This document shows, in pieces, positions 13,601 through 25,600 of a stretch of 64,000 nt of DNA. The DNA comes from Lingula anatina (taxonomy: Eukaryota > Animalia > Brachiopoda): positions 27,838,001-27,902,000 of the forward strand of contig CM120642.1 in the NCBI GenBank assembly GCA_051362555.1, written 5' to 3'. Position numbers and translations under genes: made by a program. Each line of letters opens with the position of its first letter. Position 1 is the stretch's first letter. The notes beneath the pieces were generated by a model. It did not search any database and was not told where the DNA came from. It saw only the letters and a list, made by a program, of their open reading frames with translations.

Positions 13601-16600
13601 TCAGCTCTGAGAACATCATTTCCAAGAGGATTCTATCACAGGGCGGGATCAGGTTCACGTTGGAGAGGCAGTTGATGCTGCTGTCACTATGTGAGAAAAA
13701 AGTGAAAAATTACAGAGACACATTAATTTCATCCATGTGCTACTTAATGAGGTTAACCTGTTGACATTCACAAACAACCACAAACAATACCTTTAAAATA
13801 CATTCTCCAAAGATGTGAAAAAGAAAGGACTGTAACAGCTGTATAAGACATTAAGATATGGCTTCCATCTATACATATAACTAAATATTAATACTCTCGC
13901 TCAGATAAAAAGTAAAAAGAAATAAATAAATAATAACACATACAACAACAATAATAATAACAATAAAGCAAATAAACATATTTAGATATATCTTTTCAAA
14001 AGTAACAATAGAAAACCAGTACCTGCACTTCCGCTCAGCTGCAATGCTGCCATGCCAGCCACACAGTATGTTATACTTGACTGAAGGGATCAGGAAGTCC
14101 TTGTGGACCAAGGTCAGCATGTTCTGGATGCCAGTCAGTCTGGACTCTGCTCTCTCAACCTACAAGAAAACATAAAGACTCACAGTGTAACTTGCTACGA
14201 GGCATGTGAAAATTCAGTCCAAAATTCAGAAATGAAGAACTGCATCTCAACTGTGTAAAAAGGTGCCATTTGAGAAAAAAGGAAAAAAAAAGGAAAAAAA
14301 TTCAAGATCCTTATTTTCTCTACAATTTGGATTCATATATATGAGCATTGAATGAAAAACTGTAACAGTTCAATTTTTATTTATTCATTTATTTATTTAT
14401 TTATTTTTTGTACCATAACATTCTTACATGCTTATAAAATGTGCTTATAAAATATTTTTTGTTTTAAAGAGAGTTTGGGGTGATTAGAAGTTACCTGATG
14501 GTGCAGTGATGTCCTCAGCATCTCAATATCAATGGGGTCCTCATAGAGGACAAACTCTACAATCCTGGTCATAAGGGTAGGGTGGACAATACTGCCGGTC
14601 AGCCTCTGCTTCAGCCACATACGTTCTCTGTGACTGGACACAGCATAGTACACCAAGTCCCAGAGTTCCTGGTGGATAAGTATCAAAAGATTCAATTTGA
14701 ATATATTAAATTATAAACGCATTACTGAACTTGATCACTGGGCATTCATGGGGTCATATTCAAACATGTAAAGATCCTTTAATGATTTGACAAAAATATT
14801 AAATCTATTCCTACTGAATATTGCAGTACAGCTAAATACTACTTTCTCAGAACAAATCAATATAATATCAAATCAAACGCGTAACCACATATATCTTACA
14901 TTCACTCTTCTCTTCCTGGGTGTATCTTTTGATTCCATCACCTGACCTATGGGCTCTTCAATCTTGACCTCATGAACTTTGACCCCCTGACATTTGACAC
15001 TTGAAGGTTGACCTTTACTCGAGTTGACCTCCCACATGTCCTTGACCTCCAGTTTCAGGTCCTCCTCTTTGATGACCAGCGTGACATCCTCTGGTTGAAT
15101 TGGACTGGAGTTGTCCGCACTTCCCGATGCCTGAGGCTGTGGGGGAGAGGGCGGACTGGCCACTAATTTGAAAAATACAAATAAATTAAAATGAACATGA
15201 ACTTGAAAATGTACACACAACTAAATATTGCTTCAGTTGTATCCATGATCTTTACGAGTTCAAACATTTGATTTCTTATTTTGTCCATGATAACAACTTT
15301 ACTTGCCTCAACTTTTCTGCAATACTGCTTTTAAAGCAATGTATGAAATTTTGCTAATAAAACTATGTTTGAAAAGAAAACGACAATGAAGAAAAAAATC
15401 CATATTAAAAAAATGTGAAATGATTTCTCTCCTAACACTCTATTAAATGAGAAAAGTTATATGAACTTCAACTGTTACAGAAGTCTTACATTTCACTTTC
15501 CTCTTTTCTGCAATCATTCTCTTGGTCACCTCCACCCAACGTGGTTTACTTTTCAGCATCTTGGATTTCTCCATAGTGTGAACCTCGTTCCCCATGGCAG
15601 GACGCAGCTCATTGAACAGGAACATGCAGCGCTCGATCACGGGCGCACACACCTCCTTGTATGAACGACTGAGATCTTGATGAATCTGAAACAAGAAGAG
15701 TCAGAATCACATTATCACTCCACCTAAAGGTGTTTCAAATGAGTATTAGCCTCAAAATGACAATGAATAAATCATAAATCTTTAGTTTTTTTTTACCACA
15801 TGATCATAGGGTGAATATTTTCTAAAATACTGATTATTACATCTATATATAGCTTTCCACATTTTTCTCAAAATTTACAAAACAAAAAAATTGGAGTAAT
15901 ATATTAAAAGTTCTGAGACTTTAAATTGATAAAACAATAAGGGGTCACTCTATCAAGCTTTAACCAAGCTTTATTTGACAGTGCATCTACCACATAAAGT
16001 CATGTATACCCACCTTGATAAGAGATCTTTTGACTTGAAACACAGTTTTGCAGACCTCTGCTATAGACCTTGGGAGTCCAAACTTGTTCCCAGACTCACT
16101 CAGCCCATGTTCTACCAGCCCCAGGGCCACATGCCCCAGGTCGTGATGCTTTAACAGCACTGCCATCAAACGTCTTAAAGAACAAAATGTACAAATCAAA
16201 AGTGGGATTAATAGGAATGAGACTACCGTTTAGTTAAAAAGTTGGAAAATAAGGTGTGGGGTCCAGGTGCCTCCTAGGCCAATAATGCTTTTGGCTCCAG
16301 GCCCGACACCTGATGATGATGAATACACAAAATAAATTGAACATGGGACCAAACCATTTAATAAAAATATCTTGAACAAAAAAAGGGGGCATTTTAAGAC
16401 AATACAAATAACATACAAATCATATCTTACCTGGCGACTTCTTCCACAGGATGATCATTAGGAAACTCAATGGGCATGACAAGATGGTGGTGCTTGGCAT
16501 AGCGGCTGACGTAGCCCATGAAGGACTGGACAGTGTGCTCCTGCAGACCCCCATCGGCCAAGGACTGCAGAAAGGGCTTCGATGCATCAGCCAGGGAATC

Positions 16601-19600
16601 CTGGTGCTCTAATAGCTGCTGTTTTTCATTGAGGGATGCATGGAGTTGTTTCTGTTCTGATGTTGGGGTATGGCCTTAAACAGAAAATTTGAGTTTGGGC
16701 TCTAATACAACTCTTTCAAAAATATTTTTCTCGACACAGATAGCCTCACAATGTTATCATGACAAGTGCAATTACAGTAGAGAATTACAGCTAGCATATT
16801 AAAATGTAAAACAATTTGGCTTTAAAGTAGTTTTCAAAGGTCTGCTTGCCCAAGTGTCCTTGCAATACTAACCAGGAGTGGTGGTGCAGGAACTGGGTGT
16901 CCTACTTTCTCCCTTCTCCTCATCAAATGGATTCTGTGGCTGTAGCACCTGTAATCCTCCAGCAAAAAACTCCGACTCCAGCCACTGCTTGCTCTCCTCC
17001 TCTTGTGCAGACAGGCGAGTGCCTCGCGCCAGACTTGACGCATGGAGTCCAAGTAAAAGTCCCAGTGTCCTCTCTGTGTCCATCAGGGGAGAAGAAACTG
17101 CATTGCTGGGTGTTGATTGGATGAGATCATGTTCAGGCTGCAGAGAAAAAAAGTTGGTATGCAACGGTTCACAACAAAGTCTATTTCTCTTTGTTCTTAT
17201 TTATTCCATACCATCTGTAAATATATAAAGAGCGATGAGCAAAGAAGAATGACAGAAAAAAGGCGGCGACGATATTTATAAGCGACGAAAGGCGGGAAAG
17301 ATGACCAATGGGAATGACAGAGTAAGATGACGCCCACGTGACAAAACAAAAGACGAACACGAGTGAAGAAAATACATTCATACGGCTACAGGTATTTCAA
17401 AAATCCAATGAACCACTTTGTTTTTCTTTTTTCATGTATAAAGACATTTGTAAACTTTCTTCATATTCAGATTACTTGTGTCCCTCAGACTAAATATCTA
17501 AATTCTGTCTACTTTAGAAAATGTTCCCAGTATCCAATCTTAGACAGCTTCTTGATATCATAACTAAGGCAATCAAGTCCTTATTTCAACTCAATGCATT
17601 TAATTTCTTACATTTTCAACTTACATCTATATACTGTCCCACAAAAAAGGTTTCCATCATTTCACGAGCAGATTCTGAAAAAATGAAAATCCAAGTTTAA
17701 CACTTTCTTATTTCACTTGATTAAATTTTAAATGATGAATATGTATATGTATGAATTTTATATCAAAATTAGTAACTACAAACAACCTTGAATGTGCACG
17801 TGCACATACACACACACACACACACATACTACAAAAAATTCAAACAATTTCATAATCTCCTTGATACTTTTGGGAAGACGTGAAATTGAATCTCTTTGGT
17901 GAGATCATTTCTATTACTGCAACGTACAAAGTACTGAGAGTGTGGTTGCTTCCACGAAAATTTGATCTTTTTAGTAAACTCCTCAATAACAATTGATAGA
18001 TGTGAAAAAGAAGCTCCTTGGTGAAAAGCACATTCATACCTGCATACTGCATCAGGATCTCCTCTCCACACTGTGCCTGAGCCTTAAAGTCCTGGACATC
18101 ATAAACTTTGCCATGGATCACAATCCACAGGCCGCCATCTTTATTGTGGTTTTCTAAATCAGATTTTCTAACTACAGGAACATCCTCTAGGTGGTGCTGT
18201 ATCTGTTTTTCCACAGAAGTGGCTAAAAAGGAGAACATATTTTTCTAGAGAATCTACAAGATATTTCAATGAGCTTCCTTGCTTAAATCCATTTTAATGT
18301 ATACTTTGGCTTTTGTGGGATTTCTTTACATTGTCATGTTACTGTTTTTATTTTATACATTCTTTAGACAGCATGAAAACACTTATACCATTATCCCAAA
18401 GTCACCTCTTCAAAGTCAGATTTTCCATTTCAGCAGCCTAAACAAATCCCAAAAATTCCGACTTGTGTATTAAGCACTAAATCTTACCCATTATTCCAGG
18501 CCATGCCATATCCTCCTTGTCATCTTTCTCTAAACCAGGAGCCAGCCTGTTAAATTTGTCTAGTATGGGCAGGAGTGCCTCTAGCAGTGGGATACAACCT
18601 GAAGCCTTGATCACTGCTGGGGAGATTGTCTGTAGTAACACTGCACTGGTGATTAGCTCTGGCAAAAGCACACCTGGAGGAAAGTGGTGATAATCATTAT
18701 ACTTTGCAAGCCAAAGCACATTAAAGTGTACGGGGAATCTGGGCAACCAGGGTCTAAGAATACACTGCCCAAAAAGTATTTTACTGGCCTGGCTACAATA
18801 AACTGACGTTTGACATAAGGCCAGTGTTAACGTTGCTGTCTTGCTTACTTAATACAGATTTGAGGATAATGAATCATCGCAAAGATCCAATTTTTTCACA
18901 CATTTTTTATGAAAAACTTTATCAAAGAAGCTGATGATTCACATAATGAAAAACCTTGGTTTGAAGGTTTTGTAAGGAGTGAAACTTGATACAATTTTCT
19001 GCTGCAAAAAAAAAAAGTCCATGATTCAGAAAGTGTCTAGTGACAAAGCTAATACTTTTGCAACCTACCTGTGACATCAGCACTTATCACCTTGGCAACC
19101 AATGAAAAATATTTGCTAGAATATCCTGCCAAACTTGCCGCCAGAGGGAGAATGTCTGCAACATGAGCCACCAAGAGATGAACATATTTCCTCAGTAGTG
19201 ACCCAGCACCAAGCAGCTCTGCATCTGTAAAAAGACAAGTTAAAAAGTCCTCAGAATGTTTTAAATATAACACCTCACACTGTTAGCTAGAAAGGTATTT
19301 TATATTTAAAAAAGTAGACAAAACCTAACAAACTTCAGAGAAAGAGCAAAAAAATAAAAAGCTGAAAGAAAGATTACACAGTGAATATGAATAAAAACAT
19401 GGATATGTTATGTATATTGATATGTTATTGAAAAATTAACAATATATGACCATCATTATCAATATAAACAAACTGTTGATTTCAAGAATAGTTACTCAAT
19501 GCTGCAACACATATTAATAATATAATCAACATCAGTTTAGATGCATGCCCTCAAGTGTAAATAGGTCAAAGCCTTTTTAATTTTCAATCCTTCTCCCAAG

Positions 19601-22600
19601 CTTGGAATTGCCACAAATCTATGACCTATTTCCCATTGTGTGTGCTATGTGATTTAACAATGAGAACTCACAATACATTTGTGTTGATCATGGTGCAGGT
19701 ACACAAATAGCTCCAAACAGCATGTTAACTTATAATAGAGCACCAAGCATTCAGATTACTTCACTTTGGCAGGTAGAGAGCTCTATGAGACATTACATAT
19801 GCGTGTACTTCAACATATTTTAAATTTATATGATAAACTTTAGGAGGAGAATACAAATTTAAACAGAATTATGAAAAGCCTACCTGTATCTAATGTGGGC
19901 ATTTCTAATGTTGGTCACGATAAGGGAAAAGACTGAAGTCTGACTGCCTGACTTTAACAAGACCACTTTCCAAGATGGCTACATACTCAGCAAAAGCAGG
20001 CACAGCAAGCAGAGCTGGAGGTTATGTTACTGACATAGGAAATGTAACAGATAAACTGCTAATATGTTCTGTGTGCAAGGAAAAATTAAAGGAGCCAAAG
20101 TTTCTTCCATGTCTCCATACATTCTGTGCTCAATGTCTGCTGGATAAAACAGCAGACAAAGGAGAAGGGGAGAGGTTTCTCTGTCTGGAGAAGGAATGCA
20201 AGGCAGACGCAATCCTCCCACCAGGGGGAGCTATGGAATTTCCAGACAATCTCTTCTTGGCTAACATCATTCAGTCTCGGCATCCCAGTGAGATGGACCA
20301 CCTGTGTGATTTCTGCAAGCACCAAGAGAAAGAGGAGCCGGCCGTGGCAAGATGCCTGCAGTGTCGTGAGTTTTTATGTGCAGACTGCGCTGACATGCAC
20401 AACCAGACTTCACTCACAATCTCGCATGACGTACGAGCACTTAATAATCTCAGCTCTGCGACCATCCAAGGAAATATTCTACATAATGGCACATCTCATA
20501 ACAGAGGAGATGCCTGCATCATTCACCCAGACCAAACAGTACAGTTCTACTGTTACCAGTGCAAGTCACCTGTATGTGAAAATTGTCTGGAGGAAGACCA
20601 TAGTGGACACAAGAAAATCAAGCTGCAGTCTCTGGTGCAGCAGTATAGAGGACAGGCCTTAACCTTGGTGGGGAAACTCCAAAACAAACTGGTAGACATA
20701 CAGCAACTCTCTATGAGTTATGATGCACGTCTGGCAGCAAGAAACATAGACCAAGTGAAGGCTCAGATACAGAACACCAAGTTGAGCATGTTCAAAACCT
20801 TGGAAGACGAGGAACGCAGGTTAATAGCAGAGATCGACAAAGCATTCAAACTGAATGAGAGACAAGGAAAAGGCACCAGCTTTCAAAAGGCCATGCAAGG
20901 ACGGGAGTATGACCTCAGGAGCAGTACAGAGATCACAGGAGCCGTGCTTGACCATGGCAGTAATACTGAGCTGGTTTATATGCAGCCTTCTATCAAGGCT
21001 CGTTTGGAGGCCCTGGACAGGGTCCCGATACCCATTATCCCTCAGCAACAGTCCTTCCACTTTAATCCTGCACCCAAGCCTCTACTGGGGACATTACAAG
21101 TCGAAACCCTTAAACCCAAACAAGGGGGCAAGACACAGAAGCAATGTAAGTACAGCTAATTATAACTAGATCTATTAAATGAAATTTTATTACTGTTACC
21201 GATTTATGAAGTGTCATCCACTTTTGAAGCAAACTGATCTAATATGAAGCTGTTTTTGAACACAGTCATAGTATTAGTAATTACTTAAAAAAGTATAATA
21301 TTGTACCGAAGTATGTAAACCTGAATAGACAAATAAACTTAAATACTACTGAAAATCAAGCAGAAAAGTAAATTCCCATGTTAATATTTTAGAATTATAT
21401 TTATCCATATGTAGCCACTGTCCTTAAATCTAATTATCCGTTAAAAGTTCTGTCATCAAAATATTTTTATCAACTATGTTCTATTCCATGCAGATGAAGG
21501 AATGGGAAAGAAAATGGTGCCAGGCACAAAAGTGAAAAGAGGAAGAGACTGGCGCTATGGCAATGAGGTGAGAGGATAGGAAATTTCTATCATAATGTAT
21601 ATCATATGATACAAGGTTCAGATTAGACCCAGTTATCTGACCAGCTGTCTCAATCTCTCCCCCTCAAACTGTGTACTTCTTACATTTTTTTTCTTGTGTA
21701 ATAAATAAACCTTTTTACAAGCATTTTCAAAATGAAAATTTCAAAAGTAAAAATCACTCCACGTTTTACTTCACATCTTTTTTGCACAAGCGTTAAATAC
21801 TCCAATACTCTTCCACAATGATATTAAACGCAATCTCTTAAATTTTAAGTGAAAGTCACCAAACATTCTATTTCATTTATCACCTTTCAGGATGGTGACC
21901 CCCCTGGACAGGGGAAGGTGGTGGACCAGTTATTTGGCCTGAATGGCCAGGACACAGAGGTCAGTCACATTAAAGTGAAGTGGGACAAGAGTGGACGAAC
22001 AGAAAAATACAGGATGGGGGCAGACGGCTGCTACGACCTGCAGTTAGCATAATCAGTAGCCATTTCATCAATCATGGTTAATCCTATAATGGGTCAATTA
22101 ATGATAATATTAACTTTAAATTCAAATGTGAGGTTTTTGTGGTTCTTAATGTGAAATTGGTTTTCTGTAAGTAGCTCTGCGAGGCATGCAAAGTTCATTT
22201 TTTTATTGAATAAACGGATACTGTTACTACAAAATGATTTCTTGGAATTATAAAGTTGATTCATGGTCAATGGAAGCAAGGACATTTGAACCCAATTAAA
22301 TTACTGCCTATTTCATGAAGACAGTGTAAAAAGATGCGTTATAGAATTTGAATTACTTATATATAATTAATATGATGAATCTAATGAAAAATAAGGAAAC
22401 TACAAACAACTCCTTCTACTTACTGTGGAAAAGTGACCTAATAAGATGCCAAATCACTTCTTAATTTTGATTTAGCAACTACTTTCATGTCTTTTTTTAT
22501 ATGAGTATACATCAACAAAAGCTGACATGCATGATTATATATGTGTATGTGCATGTATGAATGCTGAGTAAATGGTATTTACTGACCTATCTCCATAGAC

Positions 22601-25600
22601 CCCTTCTTCTCTTTGAACTCTTCCCTCGGGAAAATCTTTGCCATGAGCAGTCTTTGAAACTGGAGCAGTAAGTTGATGGAAGCTATGTTGTCTGAAAGGT
22701 CCAACGCTTCTGTTTTCACCTGAGGGTCCTGAGACAGCTCATTCAGTCTCGAAAGCATCTGTGTAGAGGCATTCCTGGTGAAAATGGAAAATAGATTCAT
22801 AAAATCAGGTCAAATTCTATGTCACAGATATTCATTTAAGTGACATTTTAAATTATTCCTTTAGAAACAAGATCATATTGTCCTTTCTGTTACATTGCAG
22901 TTTTAAAATCCTGTTTATCAGTCTTTTGCTAATTTCTCAATGTATCAGTGTTTTGGTTTTTAAACAAGTAAAATATATAACTACCTCAAAAGTTGCTGCA
23001 CTAATTGTAGCAAAGGTATGGACGAATCGCCATCTACTTGGATATCTTGGCACTTTTGTGCCTCCTCCTCTAGAAGAGCTTCTTCTGACTTTAACATGTT
23101 GGTTGCCTGTCCAATTTTGTCCATGTCATCTGGTTCTTTTTCTGTGTCCTTTTCCTAAAAGAAAATATGACTCAGTAAGATATCAAATTTCAATAAAAAT
23201 TTCATACATTATTGCAGATTTTAAAAATGCAAGCAGTAGATTTTGGACAAACCAAATTCAACACTTCTTCAAATATATGCTTATGATGATAAAATGGAGC
23301 TCAAACTTACAACAGTCACAAAATAATTTCATTAACATACTAATAACACGAACAACTGATATTTTATTTCAACCAGTCTTAAGGACTATAAATAACCTGT
23401 TCCAATTATAAATCCTGTCAGATGCCTGAACTTACTGTTTTCTCCTCTATCCCTTCTTTCTCCTTCTTAATGGCCGTCCTGAGGGCCATCTCCAGTCCAC
23501 CATCGGCCATCAGGCTGCTGACCAATAGATCTGTCATGAATCGCTGACCAGGACTTAATACTGCCATGTCTCTGGATCCTGCAAGTGTTGAAGACAGCAT
23601 TATCTTCAAGGCCACATGATTTTAAAGCTTTAACATATAATCCAAATACATACTACTACTAGTTAAACAGCTTTTACATCAAGCAACATATGTTTGAAAT
23701 ATTTAGAACTATTAAGTATACTTCAAATCTAAGAATTCCAAGCCCAATGACACCTGTCCAAGTTTTCAAGTTTATCCACCTATATGTCAATTCAAGATGA
23801 CTTTTACCTCCTGTTGGCAAGAGTGTGCTCAATGTCCTAGCCCTTTCTTCTGCAGTTGGCAGTAATAATGACCAACCATTCTGCAGGGCTGACTGTGCTG
23901 CAGACTGCACTGTTGCTATGACACCACTATTGGTTGCCAGGGCAATAATTCTCTGCTTGAGACTGGTGATAAGTCTGCTTCCAGGGTTAAGCCCTAGGTT
24001 CTCAGCATCTTCCTCTTGATATATAGCTGCATACAGCTAAAAAATAAATCAAACTTTTTAACAAACTTCTGCATTGAAGCTCTTGACATAAAGCTGCATC
24101 TTAGACTGCATTCCCACAGATTTAGATCGTTCCATCTGGATCGACGTAACTCCCTGGGGGTTCACGCTAAATTGCTGTCAGCCGAGCGGGCACATAAGTT
24201 AATTACCCCCTTACAGCTTATCGTAGGCGGGACAGACATTTAAGCCGGCTAAGCTGACAGTAATCTAGTGAGACTCCCCATGGGGATAGATCAATCTAAA
24301 ATCTGTGGGTAGCACTCTTACACTTGATATAAAGCTGCATGCAGCTAAAATCATGAAATAAATTTTTGAAACAAATTTCCGCACTGAAGCACAGCTTCAG
24401 TGTGGAAGTCCTTTTCCATAAAGCTTCAGCAATTTTTTGTTATCTATACTTGGTCTATCTCATGTGGATCAAATCTTCATTCATTTGTCCAAAAATAATC
24501 ACAAACCACCTCTTAGGCTATCCGATAATACATACACACACAAAAAAGAAATTAACTGTTGATTTAATATACTGTCAGTTGATCTCACCTGCAGACTCAG
24601 AAGATTCAGTGCCCCGACTGCCATACATTCTTTCTCTTGTGGCGGTGGCCAGTCACTGCGGCCGTCCATCCCCTCACACACACTGTCCAGAAGTCTGTCC
24701 AGCTGTTCAAAAGTGGACTTACACAGGTCCACCACAAATGGCACTCTGGCCCCCACTGACCACTGCATGCTGGATGACCAGGCAAAACTCTAGAAACAGA
24801 AAGAGAGCAGTTTTTATACATTCCACTTTGGAGCAATACTGAAGAATGTAGAATCATATTAGTTGTGAAAATTGCACTTCATACAAGCTGACTTTTTTCT
24901 GTCTATTAATTTCAGTGTGACTGTAAAATAATCAGACCCTGTTAAAAAGTTGTTGAATGAGAAGACATAAGAAAATCAAAATTTTCCAGAAAAAAAGGAT
25001 CAAATGATCAAAATACAATGTATTTACACAGTCACTTTCAATACCTTTCACCTGATTAAGCATACAAGTTAACATGTACTCTCAGTTCTCACCTGCCCAG
25101 GTCCACAAGCCACACCTATGATATGTTTCCCCTGCAGGTGGGTCACCACACCGGGGTCAGTCTTGGTGCTACTGTGTCCATCTCCCTGCTGCGACTGGTC
25201 ATTTCTTCCCCAGCTGTACACGTCCCCGTCCTCTGTTAGGGCCAGGCAGTGTGTTGGACCTACGGCAATGTCCACTACCTTCTTACCAGACATGGCCTCC
25301 AGTTGTTTTGGGTGGCGTACATGCTCCTCTGTGCCATGGCCGAGTCTGTAATTATCTCCTTTACCCCTGGGAAATAAGTAAGAGGGATATATTTAGTATG
25401 TCTTTACAGTGAAAATATGTACAAGGATGCCCCTGAGGAGCAAATAATAGTAAGAGATATGTGTTTCTTTAAAATGTTTGGATAAAAATGCACCCGATTC
25501 TATACTCTACATATATTTCAGGATAAAGATACATCCATATTTTTCAAAGTACAGCAATCATCACTACTGCATAAAAATATTTTTTTCAATTAAAATATGA

